A stretch of DNA of 64,000 bases from NCBI RefSeq assembly GCF_009914755.1, contig NC_060926.1. The stretch is one strand, 5' to 3'. This document shows positions 1-12,290 of this stretch, in pieces. The first letter of the stretch is position 1. Every line of letters starts with the position of its first letter. Under the pieces are notes generated by a model. That model saw only the letters and a list, made by a program, of their open reading frames with translations. It made no database searches and was not told the origin of the DNA. The translations under genes were made by a program, and so were the position numbers. Source of the DNA: the human T2T-CHM13v2.0 reference genome, Homo sapiens.

Positions 1-770
1 GCAACTCTAAAAGCCAGAGTGTCTTCTTACCACCAAATGATTGCACTAGCTCCTCAGCAATGGATTCTAACCAGATTGAAATGGTGAAATGTCAAACAAA
101 GAATTCAGAATCTGGATGCCAAGGAAGTGCATCAAGATAAAAGAGAAGGATTAAACCCAATCCAAAGAAAACAGTAAAACAAACCAAGATTTGAAAGACA
201 ATATAACCATTTTAAGAAAGAAACAAACTGAACTTGTAGAAATGAAAAATATACCACAAGAATTTCAAGATTCAACTGGAAGTATTAACAACAGAATAGA
301 CCAAGCTGAGGAATGAATCTCATAGCTTGAAGACAACTCCTTTGAAGCAACACAGAGAGACAAAAAAAAATAATTTTAAAAAGTGAATTAAATATCCCAA
401 GAAATATGGGATTATATAAATAAACAAAATCTATAATCCATTGGCATTCCAGAAATAGAATAAAAGAACACAAACAACTTGGTAAACATATCTGAAGATA
501 TAATCCATGAAAAATTTCCCAATCCCACTAGAGAGGTCAACATGCAAATTCAAGAAATACAGAGAACCCCTGTGGGATAAGATCCAAAGTGACCATTCCC
601 AAGACACATAGTGATCAGATTCTCCAAGGTCAACATGAAAGAAAACAGTCTCAAAGGCAGCTAGAGAAAAAGGAGAGGGAAATTACAAAAGGAATTCCAT
701 CAGGCTAACAGTGGACCTTCAGCAGAAAGCTTACAAGTGAGAAGGGATTAAGAAGCTATTTTCAGTATTG

Positions 771-798
771 TTTTTTTTCTTTTTCTTTCTTTCTTTTC

Positions 799-836
<38 letters not shown>

Positions 837-849
837 CTTTCTTTCTTTC

Positions 850-913
<64 letters not shown>

Positions 914-930
914 TCCTTCTTTCTTTCTTT
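771..930. repeat. (TTTC)n microsatellite of about 160 bp, the expanded tail of the adjacent minus-strand Alu
   Basis: Direct reading; contiguous with the Alu 3' end at 931. Confidence 0.97.
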
Positions 931-1211
931 GAAACAGTGTCTCAGTTTGTTGCCCAGGCTGGAGTGCAGTGGCACAATTTTGGCTCACTGCAACCTCTGC
1001 CTCTTGGTTCCAGTGATTCTCCTGCTTCAGCCTCCCTAGTAGCTGGGCTTAAAGGCACATGCCACTATGCCCAACTAATCTTTGTATTTTTAGTAGAGAT
1101 GTGTTTTCACCTTGTTGGCCAGACTGGTCTCAAACTCCTGACCTCAAGTGATCCTCCCACCTCAGCCTCCCAAAGTACTGGTATTATAGGTCTGAGCCAT
1201 CACACCCAGGC
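771..1211 (-). mobile_element. Alu (AluS-like) inserted in L1 ORF1
   Basis: Full dimeric Alu in reverse complement ('gcccaggctggagtgcagtggc...ctcccaaag...tgagccatcacacccagg'). Imperfect TSD tcagtattg (762-770) / tcaatattt (1212-1220). L1 ORF1 resumes at 'ttaaagaaaataaattccaaccaagaattt'. Confidence 0.95.
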
Positions 1212-3909
1212 TCAATATTTTTAAAGAAAATAAATTCCAACCAAGAATTTCATATCTTGCCAAATCAGGCTTCTTAAGTGAAGGAGAAATGGAATCCTTT
1301 ACAGACAAGGTAATGCTAGGGGAATTCTTTACCACCAGACCTGCCATACAAGAGCTCCTAAATGGAGTGCTAACTATGGAAAAGAAAGAATGATATATGC
1401 CACCACAAAAAGCCACTTAAGTACACATCCTACTGATGCTATTAACCAACTGTATAATCAAGTCTACATAATAACCAGCTAAAAACATGATGACAGGATT
1501 AAATTCTCACATATCAATATTGATACTGAATATACATGGTTTAAATTCCCCAATTAAGAGACGCAGAACAGCAAAATGGATAAAGAAGCAAGACCCACTG
1601 CCTGCTGTTTTCAGAGATCTTTTTCACAAGTAATGAAACCCATAGGCTCAAAGTAAAGGGATGGGAAAGATCTATCAGACACATGGAAAACCAACAAGAG
1701 CAAGGGTAACTATTCCTATGTCAGATGAAACAGACTTTAAACCAACAATGACCAAAAAGGACCAAGAAGGGCATTACATAGTGATAAAAGGCTCAATCCA
1801 ACAATAAGACTTAACCATTCTAAAGATATACATACTCAACATTGAAGTACCCAGATTTATAAAACAAGACTTTAGAGATATACAAAGAGATTTAGATGAC
1901 CACATAATAACACAGGGGAACTTCAACGCCCCACTGACAACGTTAGACAGATTATCAAGGCAGAAAACAAACAAAGATACTATGGAGTTAAACTCGATAC
2001 TTAACCAACTGGACCTAATAGACATCTACAGAACACTCCACCCAACAACAACAGAATGTATAGTCTTCTCATCTGCACACAGCACATACTCTAAGATTGA
2101 CCGCATGCTTGACCATAAAGCAAGTCTGAACAAACTCACAAATATATAAACCATAACAAATATATTTTTGGATCACAATGCAATAAAATAGAAATCAATA
2201 CCAAAAAGACCAATCAAAACCATACAATTAATTGGAAGTTAAACAACTGTCTCCTGAATAATTTGGGGGTAAAAAACAAAATTAAGGCAGAAATAAAATT
2301 ATTTGAAACTAATGGAAACAGACACACAACATATTGGAATCTTTGGAAAGCAACTAAACATGGTAAAGAGGAAAGTTTATGGCACTAAAAACCTATATCA
2401 ACAAGTCAGAGAGATTTCAAATTAACAACTTAATGTAGCAACCAGAGGAACTAGAAGAATAAGCACAAACCAAACCCAAAGCTAGCAGAAGAAAAGAAAT
2501 AACCAAAATAAAAGCTAAACTGAACACAACTGAGATGCAAAAATCAATACAAAAGATTAAAGAAACCAAAAGGTGGTTCTTAAAAAGATTAAACAAGATT
2601 GATAGACTACTAGCTAGATTAATTTTTTAAAAATCCAAATAAACACAATCAAAAAGGAAAAAGGTGACATTACAACTGACCCCACAGTAGTACAATATAT
2701 CCCCAGGGACTATTATGAATATCTCTATGCATACAAACTACAAAACCTAGAAGAAATTGATAAATTCCTGGAAATATACAGCCTCTCAAGGATGGACCAC
2801 AAAGAAATTAAAATCCTGAAAAGATCAATAATGAATTCTGAAATTGAATCAGAAATAAAAGCCTACAGACCAAAAAAAAAAAAAAAAAAAAAAAAGGCCC
2901 TACCAGACATATGAAGAAGAGCGAATACCAATCCTACTGAAATTATTTCAAAAAAATCGAAGGGGATGTAGTCCTCTCTAATTCATTCTACATAGCCATC
3001 ATCATTCTGACACCAAAGACTTCCAGAGACACAATTAAGAAAAGAATACTTGAGGCCAATATCTCTGATGAACCTAGACACAAAAATCCTCTACAAAATA
3101 CTGGCAAAGCAAATCTATCAGCATACCAAAAAATTAATTTGCCACAGTCAAGTGGGCCTTATTTCTGGGATGCAAGATTTGTTTACCATATGCAAATCAA
3201 TAAATGTGATTCATCACATAAACAGAATTAACAACAAAAACACATTATCATCTCAATAGACACAGAAAAGGCCTTTGATAAAATTTAACATCTTTTCATG
3301 TTAAAAACCTTTGGCAAATTAGCCACCAAAGGAAGATACCTCAAAATCATAACAGCCATCTGTGACAAGACCACTATCAACATCATGCTGAATGGAAGCA
3401 TGAATGAAACCTGGAAGCACCCCCATTGAGAACTGGAACAAGACAAGGATTTCCATTCTAACCACTGCTGTTCAACACAGCCCTGGAAGTTCTAGTCAGA
3501 ACAATTAGTCAAGACAAAGAAATAAAAGGCATCAAAATAGGAAGAGAAGAAATCAAACTCTCTCTGTTGATGATACGATTCTATACCTGCAGAACTGCAT
3601 AGACTCCACAAGAAAGTTTCTACAACTAAAAAACAATTTCAGTAAAATTTCAGGATACAAAATCAATGTACAAATATTAGTAGCATTTCCTTACACCAGT
3701 AATTGTCAAACTCAGAGCCAAATAAAAACACGATCTCATATACAGTAACCACAAAAAGAATAAAATACCTAGGAATACAGTTTAGCAAGGAAGTGAATTA
3801 CCTCTGCACTAAGAATTACAAAAACGTGCTGAAAGAAATGAGAGACAACACAAACAAATAAAAAAAATCCATTCTCATGGATAGGAAGAATCAATATTAT
3901 TAAAGTGGG

Positions 3910-4315
3910 TGTACGAATGCATTTTTTACATTACTATAAGGAACTACATGAGCCTGGGTAATTTATACAGAAATTAGGTCTAATTGACTCACAGTTCTAC
4001 AGGCTTCATAGGAAGCATGGCTGAGGAGGTCTCAGGAAACTTAAAATCTTGGCAAAAGATGAAGGGGAAGCTGACACATTTGACATGGCTGGAGAAGGAG
4101 GAAGAGAGAGAAAGCAAAGGGGAAGGTGCCACACACTTTTAAACAACCAGATCTCCTGAGAACTCTATTATGAGAAAGCACTAGGGGGATGGGTCTAAGC
4201 CATTAGAAACCACCTCCATGATTCAGTCACCCCCACTAGGCCCCATCTCCAACAATAGGGATTACAATTTCACATAAGATTTGGGTGGGTGGGAACACAA
4301 AGCCAAACGACATCG
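3910..4315 (-). mobile_element. MaLR solo LTR, MSTA-like, inserted in L1 ORF2
   Basis: 'gggtaatttata...ttgactcacagttc...ggaagcatggctgaggaggtctcaggaaactt...aaacaaccagatctc...gattacaatttcacataagatttgggtgg...agccaaac'. L1 ORF2 resumes at 'gccatactgtccaaagcaattt'. Confidence 0.9.
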
Positions 4316-6229
4316 TTTGCCATACTGTCCAAAGCAATTTATAAATTCAATGCCGTTCAAATGTCATTTTTCACAGAAATAAAAAAAGTATTTCAAAATT
4401 CATGTAGAACCAAAAAAGAGCTGCAATCACCAATACAACCCTAAGCAAAAACAGCAAAGCCAGAGGCATTGCACTATCTGGCTTCAAACTACACTACAAG
4501 GTTACAGTAACCAAAAAAACATGGTACTCTACCAAAACAGACATACAGATCAATTAAAAGAATAGAGAACCCAAAAGTAAAGCTACACCCTTACAATCAT
4601 CTAATTTTCAACAAACCTGAAAGTAACAAACAACACAAAAAGGACCCCCTATTCAATAAATGATGCTGAGATAACTGGCTGACCATATGCCAAAGATTAA
4701 AACTAAACCCTATCCTTTCACCATATATAAAAATTGACTCAAGATGGATGAAAGATTTAAATATAAGACTGAAGACAATAAAAATTCAAGAAGAAATCCT
4801 AGGAAATCATTTTGGACTTCAGCCTTGGCAAATCTTTTATGACTAAGTCCTCAAAAGTAATTGCAGCCAAAACAAAAGTTGACAAGTGGGACCTAATTAA
4901 ACTAAAGAACTTCTGTACTGTAAAACAAGCTAACAGCAGAGAAAACAGATAACCTACAGAATGGAACAAGTGATTTGCAAACTATGCCTCCAACAAAGGT
5001 CTAGCATCCAGAATCTGTAAAGAACTTAAATCAGCAAGCCAAAAACAACCCCATTAAAAAATGGGCAAAGTATATGAAGAGACGCTTCTCAAAAGGAGAC
5101 ATACATGAGTCCAACAAATATATGAAGAAATGTCATCACCATTAATCATTAGAGAAATGCAAATCAAAAGCACAATGTGATACCATCTCACATCAGTCAG
5201 AATGGCTATTATGAAAAGTCAAAAAACAAGACACTGGTGAGATTGCAGAGAAAAGGGAACAATTTATACACTGGTGGGAATGTAAATTATTTCAGCCACT
5301 GTGGAAAGAAGCTGGAGATTTCTCAAGACTCTTAAAACAAAAATACTTTCCAACCCAGGAATCTCATTATGGGGTATATACCCAAAGGAAAATTAATTAT
5401 TCTACCACAAAGATACATGCGTGTGTATGTTCATTGCACTGCTATTCACAATGGCAAAGGCATGAGATCAACCAAGATGTGTATTAGTGGTAGATTGGAT
5501 AAAGAAAGTGTGGTACATATTACACTATGGAATACTACATATCCATAAAAAGAATCAAATCATGTCCTTTATAGCAACATGAACACAACTGGAGGCCATT
5601 ATTTTTAATGAACTAGTACAGAAACAGAAAACCAAATACCACATATTCTTTTAACTAGAAGCTAAATGTTGAATACTTATGGGCACAAAGATGAGAACAA
5701 GAGATGCTGGGAACTGCTTGTGGGGTGATTCTAGGAAGGGGGCAGAGGCTGGAAGGCCACTTATTGGGTACTATGCTCACTATGTAGGTGATGGGATTAT
5801 GCATACATCAAGCCTCAGTGACACGTAATTGACCCGTGTAACAAACCTATACGCATACGCCCTAGACCTAAAATAAGAGTGTAAAAAACAAGAACACTAA
5901 ACACTTATTTAAAAATTGTATTTGATTAGTTTTAGCAGTATCTGTCATTTTTTTTTCTCTCCTAGCTACACTAGACCTTTAAAATCCTATATGCGTTTTC
6001 CAGATGCTGAAATGCAAAAATCACCTATTAGTTCCATAACAAATTTCCAAGATCCTCCCTGTTCTATTGGGCCAACTGGACTCCAGACGTCCTACACAAT
6101 GCTTGAACTTCCTTTGCCACTTCACTGTCCAGGATCTTTTCTTTCCTAGATCCCATATCCACTACTTTAAAAATTTTACTTTGTTGTACTGAAGCAAAAT
6201 TGCTTGTATTTTTTAAGACAGAGATTGGT

Positions 6230-6507
6230 ATTATCAGGGAAAAGATATACCTTTCCTTCCCATCACGGCTGAGGCCATTATAACAAAGGGTGGATTAACA
6301 AGAGAAATGCATAGCATTTTATTTAATATAAGTTTTGTGTGACACTGGACACTTTATAAGGAAATGAAGACCCAAAGAAATGGGTAAGTCTGTATTTTCG
6401 TGCTTACGTTTGATGAAGGGTGGGCAGTCACAGAGAAATATGATTGGAAAACAAAAGGGCATGATCTAATGATGATAAACTGGGGGTAGCATTTTCTGAA
6501 CCCCATC
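6230..6507 (-). mobile_element. ERV1 (MER4-group, MER31-like) LTR remnant, probably internally deleted
   Basis: 'gattaacaagagaaatgcatagcattttatttaatataagtttt...aggaaatgaagacccaaag' and terminus 'ggggtagcattttctgaacccc' resemble recalled MER4-group LTRs. Confidence 0.55.
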
Positions 6508-6914
6508 CATATTCATAATTTTTTAGACCTTGTGTGTTTAAAAACACATCTAATCTCTCTTCAAGATTAAGAATTTGGCCAAGGGTAGAATTCTACACTC
6601 AAATTAATATGTTCTTAAGCTTTTGGAGATTTTGCTCCACTAGCATCCTGTATCACTATTGAGGAGTCTGGTGATGTCTGACTGAGAAATGTCTATTGAA
6701 AAAAGATATTAACTTGTGTAACCCTATGTATGTAGATGACCTTGTATCTTTGTGACACTCAAGTTTATCATCAAACAAAATTTGTTGTCTGCTGTATGTA
6801 TAAAGTGGACTATAGTAACAAGATTGTATGTGCAATTCAAAGAGGCTTGATCCCAAGAAGCCATCAGAGGCAATATTTTGGGAGAGTATTTAGAATTCAG
6901 TAATCACAGGAGTA

Positions 6915-7075
6915 TTCTGAGAGTCAAGAGCATTGCTCCTGGCTTCATTCCCAGCTCTACAAGGTATAAGTTTTGTGACCTTGAGCAGAGAAAGTCACCA
7001 TTCTGAGCCTGAATGGCATCAACTGAAAATAAATATATTAATATCTGCCTTGCAAATTTTTCATTATAGATGTAG
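6915..7075 (+). mobile_element. MIR relic
   Basis: 'ttcattcccagctctac...tgtgaccttgagc...tctgagcct...taatatctgccttgca' matches the MIR core. Confidence 0.6.
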
Positions 7076-8489
7076 CCAAGACTTCAACAATCAGCAATGT
7101 CTTTTTATGTTAAGTGTGCCTATTTTACTCTATCAAGTAGTAAATTTTAAATGCATTTTGCAAGTTGGCTTTTTAAAGAGTTAACCTTATTTTGATATGC
7201 AATAATATATTTTGTGCCAGCCATTAATTATATTAAAAAAAAAGGATGAAAAGCTGCATTTGTTAAAAACATACAATATTTCAGCAAACTCAACACACAG
7301 AAGTCAGTGCTAGAAGCTATCTTCCAGCAAATCTTCTAGTTGAATATACACAGTTTGAAGTGGGAAATAAAAATAAAACTAAAGAAAAATAATATAAATC
7401 AAAACAGGAGTGCATTCATTTCTCTCATTAAAAATCAAAGAAATTATTAACTTCATCACTTTTATAACTAAATTAATGTGTGTGGAAGAACAAAAACAGC
7501 AATACATCATATTCTAATCAAAGAGTAGAAATGAAAGAACACAAATTAAGTAGCTCATTATACATGTCAATTATGTGCATTAGACAACCAACTTTAAAAT
7601 TACACCTTGCAACCATGGATAGAAATTCTTTTCAACTATGCAAATGTACTTACACTTAATTCTATTTCCCTGATAGGCAATCTAACACTTCAGGCTTTTC
7701 CTCTCTCTTTTTTTTTTTTCCCCTCCCTTTAGCAATTTAAGCCCACCTAGTGTATTTCCTGAGTGTTCATCTCACTTTATCAACAAAGATTAAAGACTTA
7801 GACTGCCTGGTAATCCCATTATCTTGCATGATAAAAGCAAATGTATCTTTGGCCACTGCCTGCAGAACTCAAGGGATTTACCATGACTGAGTGTAAAATC
7901 CAATTAATTCTCAGCTTTCTTAGCAGTCATGTGGATCATTAGTTTATTCACTTGAATGCATATGTTTACCACTATTTTACCAGGAGATTTTCTAGAATTT
8001 ATTAAAACTTTGATTTGATTTGGCGTAAAACTAAAATTTAAAGCAGTACTTGTTTATGTAGAAATAGTTTACAAATCAAGTATTCCCATATGAAAAACAA
8101 ACAAGAGGTCATCCATTTTAATAAAATGAACAGTTGGACTCTTTCATTTGAATAGGCTCATTTCAAGATCTGAGCTAGAGAGGGGATTATGTTCTTCAGA
8201 ACAAATCCAAATTTTACATCTGTTGGGGGGAAACACATTCTCCCAGCTCTTATCACCAAACCCCCTTAAACATACACAAACACACACGCACAAACCCTGC
8301 AACAATTTGACAAATGAAACTGGATGAGAGGAACAGGAACACTTGGGTAATAATCAGAGATTTAACTTTGTTTATCAAAATTATGGTGCCATTGTGAGGT
8401 CTAGATAATGAGATATTTTGTAAAACAGTTGACAAACTTCCCAAGACACAATAAATTGTAAGAAGTAATTGCTCTTATTATTATACTAG

Positions 8490-8735
8490 TATAAAGGATC
8501 AGAAACCAATACCCCAAAATATGGTGCTTTTACAGGCTGAACTGAAGGAGCAGCCTCAAGCTCTGACTGCTCCCACCTCCATCTCTCAACCCTCTGTCTC
8601 TCTCAAAGTACAGGATGAACCCTGAAGTACCCTTATCTCCCTAAGGCCCAGACCACCAAAGAAGGAAACAGTTACTGGTGGTCCATTTTTTGAGTTTTCA
8701 TTAAATGACCTCATATTTCAGGAAGAAAGAATGAA
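8490..8735 (+). mobile_element. ERV1 (MER4-group) LTR 5' fragment
   Basis: 'cagaaaccaataccccaaaatatggtgcttt...gctgaactgaaggagcagcctcaag' is a typical MER4-group LTR start; family not resolved. Confidence 0.55.
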
Positions 8736-10106
8736 AAAGAGTATAGAACAATCTGTACCCCACTGCATGGTAATCACCCTTTAATTCACCCACATGCACA
8801 TTGACACATTTGAATGCCATCTCTTCTGTTAATCTACAGATACAACAAACATTACTAAAGTAAAAACAAAACAAAACAAAAAAAGGAAATAAAACCACAG
8901 ACATTAGTAAGTCTGTTGGAAGTATCTTTTAAACATGTATTGTATCTGATTCTTACCAGTTAAGCTTGCTTTTCTTTAGAAACATTTTGAGTTCAGTAAA
9001 CGTTTATTGAGAACTTGCCATGGAAAGCAAGGCTTTGTGCCAGATATCTGTAGTTCAGAGTTTCACATATTCATTAATTTCAATATAGGGATTTAATATA
9101 ATAAAAACCCTATATTCTTATTTTACAAATCAGGGAACTGAAACGTGGAGAAGATTCATAATCTGCCCAATGTGACAGTACTAATCATTTGACTAAATGC
9201 CATTCTGTTTCTGAAAAATGATCATAAAGGATAGTTTTACGTAGAGGGTATTGAATTAGGTATTGTGGAGTTACGAAAAAGGTAAAAAATATTAGGATTA
9301 TTTTCAGGAAGTTGTTGAAAAAAAACAAACAGGAAAACAGCCCTGTAAAAAAAAAGAAAACAAATTCAGATTGAAAGATGTAATCATGCCTGTGCTCAGC
9401 CTCTGCCTACACGATAACTCAAGGATGATTTGTTAAGTGACCATAATTTGTGTAAAATAGGGTTTCTGTTTGCATCTTCTCTTTACTTTGCATGTACTTT
9501 GAATGTAGGTGGCTGTTTTGGTAAAGGGATGGAGAATTTCATTTCACCTGGTAATTTACAGCTGGGATTGAATCTGTAATTTAAATTAGCACCTTTATTT
9601 TATAAGCCAGAAAAATAAAGACAAGACTTCCTCCCCAAATGTCCTTATGAATTTATGTAAAAGCCTTTGTATTTTTTAAAATACGATTTTGCCTTTGATA
9701 TTTCGACTTAAACCTATACATCCCAGTGTCCTTATTTAAGGAGCTAGATTTTTTTTTTACTTTTATGAAGCATGGATTTAATATTATTAATTCAATAAAT
9801 ATTTATTCTACACCATTGCAGACACTAAATGTATACAGTGAAAAAAAAAAGACATAAACTATCAAGGGTCTCACATTGAAAGAGATCTCATGTGTAAGAA
9901 AATATCTCACTCAATGGTAGTGAAAGAATAAAGGCATAAGACTCATGAGAAAGATGGTAGCCTTCAAGATGATTCCCAGTGATGCCCACCGCTGGATCTC
10001 CACAGCCTTACTTAGTCCCCTCCCACACTGTGCCAACATTGGTCTTGATGGTCAATTGGATAAGGCATAAGTGGTAGGATCCCACTCCAAGATCAAGTTA
10101 TAAAAA

Positions 10107-11003
10107 TGTAACCGTAATAGTTCCATTGCCTGATGTGCAGCAAATCGATACACTAAAACATCGAGGGTTGTAGTAGAGAAAGAGTTTTAATCACAGGGCC
10201 ACCAAAAAAAGAGACAGAAGGAAACCTCAAAATTGCATTCCCAGAGAGTTTGGGTCCAGGGATTTTAAGGAATTTGGAAGGGTAGTGGGTAAATATGTTG
10301 ATTGGTTGAAGTGTGAAGTGTGATGCCATGAAATAAGAAGTGAAGAAACTGCATTATCACACTGACTTGGCTCATTGGCAAGGTCTTCAGAGCAATTGGC
10401 ATCAGCCATTGTGAAAAAAACAGATCAAATGAAATGTTTTAAGCTCCTAAAGTTAAAGGTGCTGATAGGGTTTGAATCTGTGTCCCCACCCAAATATGTT
10501 CAATTGTAATCTCCAGTGCTGGAGGTGATGGGATCATGGGGGCAGTTTCTCATGGCTCAACACCATCCTTCTTGGTGCTCTTGTCACAATAGTAAGTTCT
10601 TTGAGGTCTGGTTGTTTAAAAGTGTGTGGCACCTCCTGCCTCTCTCTGTTTCTCCTGCTCCGGGCCGTGTAAGATGTTCCTGCTTCCCCTTCACCTTCTG
10701 CCATGATTTTAAGCTCCCTGAGGCCTCCCCAGAAGCAGAAGCAACTATGCTTTCTGTACAGCCTGCAGAACCATGAGCCAATTAAACCTCTTTTCTTTAT
10801 AAATTACCCAGTCTCAGGTATTTCTTTATAGTAGTGCAAGAATGCCTAATGCAGATGCTATCTATAGAAACAGTCAGGAAGTTAATGGTTTAAATCATGG
10901 CCTATGTGGTCCCTAAGCCCCTACAGAGAAGTAGGTCAAAAGGCACCCTGATTAATGCTTCACTAAAGCCCAGCTTCTTGTTAACCCTGTGGAGACAGTT
11001 TCA
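10107..11003 (-). mobile_element. ERV1 MER4-group solo LTR, split by an MST LTR
   Basis: Termini 'tgtaaccg' and 'gacagtttca'; internal 'gagaaagagttttaatcacagggc...ggaaacctcaaa'; flanks aaaa/aaag. Confidence 0.75.
10463..10853 (+). mobile_element. MSTA/MSTB solo LTR
   Basis: 'tgatagggtttgaatctgtgtccccacccaaat...ccttctgccatgatt...cagcctgcagaaccatgagccaattaaacctcttttctttataaattacccagtctcagg...ctaatgca'; TSD ggtgc/gatgc. Confidence 0.93.
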
Positions 11004-12084
11004 AAAGGCAACATGTATTTTGTTTTGCTAACTTTTTCATACTCTTTCTCTGCTCCTGGACCACACACATGGTCTGGGGGAAGCCAGCTGCCATCCCAGG
11101 CCCTATAGATGGTCTCATGTAGTGAGAAATGAAATCCTCCTAGTAACTCCATAGGAGTGAGCTGGGAAGAGATGCTCTGCCCCTTCAGATGACTGAAGCC
11201 CTGGCCAGCACCTCAACAACAGCCTCCTGAGAGACCCTGAGTCAGATCCTCTGAGTTAAGCCACGCTCAGATTCCTGATCCTCAGAAACTGCATAAGTTA
11301 ATGAATGTTTATGTTTTAAGCTGCTAAATTTTGGCGTTGTTTTGCAACAACAGACAACTAATCTAGACAGTTGCACAATTAAGGAAAATAAAATTCAGAG
11401 ATGGATATGATTGCTTTCTGTGTGGACAAGTTAAAGTAATAGAGCACACTGTTAGGGAATTCATAAGCGAGTGAAATGGTTTTAAAGAATAGTTTGTGTT
11501 TTTATATTAATTTGTTAGAGAGGAGATCAGGAGATCCTGAGGTGAAGAAAATACTCAAAAATGCAAAGGCGGAAGTGAATTAGTGAGAGAGCATGAATGC
11601 TCCAACTCCCTGGACTCTGGATGCCTTGAGGCAGTTAAATAGAAAGAAATGTTGGTGCCAGATGACAAAATGCACACACTTACCTATTGTCCAATGTAGG
11701 AACTAGAACATTGTTTATTAGCCAGGGAGTGAGAAGTAATTGTACTAATTGTATTCTATTCTTAATAAGAGATTCTTGAAGTTAGGCTGTGCTTTAGGGA
11801 CTTTTGCAGGGCAGTGGCAAACTGCAAATATTCTTTAATCTATACCCCAAAATAATATTCTAAGGAATTAGAGACCATTCTCACTGCTGAGGAGTTCACA
11901 GTTTAGTGGGAGGTGTGGGCAGGTAAAACAGTTACAAGGTAGGTTGTATGTGCTCTAATAGCAAAAGCTAAGAGAAGTTGTATGTACAGAGTAGTGTTTT
12001 GTGTGTACCTCGATGCTGATAATGAATAAGGAGTCAACAAAGAAAATTAAGAGGTCAAAAGGAGAAAGTGAGAAAGTATACATG

Positions 12085-12290
12085 TTATCTGCATGCTACA
12101 AGGAAGCCAAGTCCTTTATACATGTCTAAAATTCAGTCTTTATAATAGTACTCAGGAACTGATACTTTTTAATGCCAATTCACAGGTGAGAAAAATGACG
12201 CAAGTACTTTAGTCACACAGCTGGGAAGAGATCGAGCTGGGATTTAAATCAAGTTCTATCCAATAATACTTTTCTTACACTTTACACTCT
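12085..12290 (-). mobile_element. MIR relic
   Basis: 'cacaggtgagaaaaatgac...gtcacacagctgggaagagatcgagctgggatttaaatcaag'. Confidence 0.65.

Larger units (their letters stand above)
1..5890 (+). mobile_element. Decayed LINE-1, L1PA15/L1PA16-like: ORF1 remnant (1-~1420), ORF2 remnant from ~1490 and 3' UTR; the 5' UTR lies upstream of the window; interrupted by an Alu and an MSTA LTR
   Basis: ORF2 start 'atgacaggattaaattctcacatatcaatat' at 1490 (MTG.NSHI.I). ORF 3050-3259 translates to the L1 RT motif [36 protein letters not shown]. 3' UTR 'gggtactatgctcac...cctcagtgacacgtaattgacccgtgtaacaaacct...aaataagagt' followed by an A-rich tail. Many stops and frameshifts. Confidence 0.95.
9953..11364 (+). 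mobile_element. MLT1 (MLT1F-like) MaLR LTR, split by a nested ERV1 LTR (pieces 9953-10106 and 11004-11364)
   Basis: 5' piece 'gccttcaagatgattcccagtgatgcccacc...cccctcccacactg'. 3' piece 'tctgggggaagccagctgccat...gagaccctgagtcag...ttttaagctgctaaattttgg...gcaacaacagacaactaat'. Confidence 0.85.

Noticed and set aside
731-988. Lys/Glu/Arg-rich ORFs (KERK repeats)
   Set aside because: They are translations of the (GAAA)n Alu tail, not a protein.
1490-5600. L1 ORF2 as a functional reverse transcriptase/endonuclease or novel RT system
   Set aside because: It is broken by many stops, frameshifts, deletions and an LTR insertion; the recognisable in-frame RT piece in the ORF track is only 69 aa.
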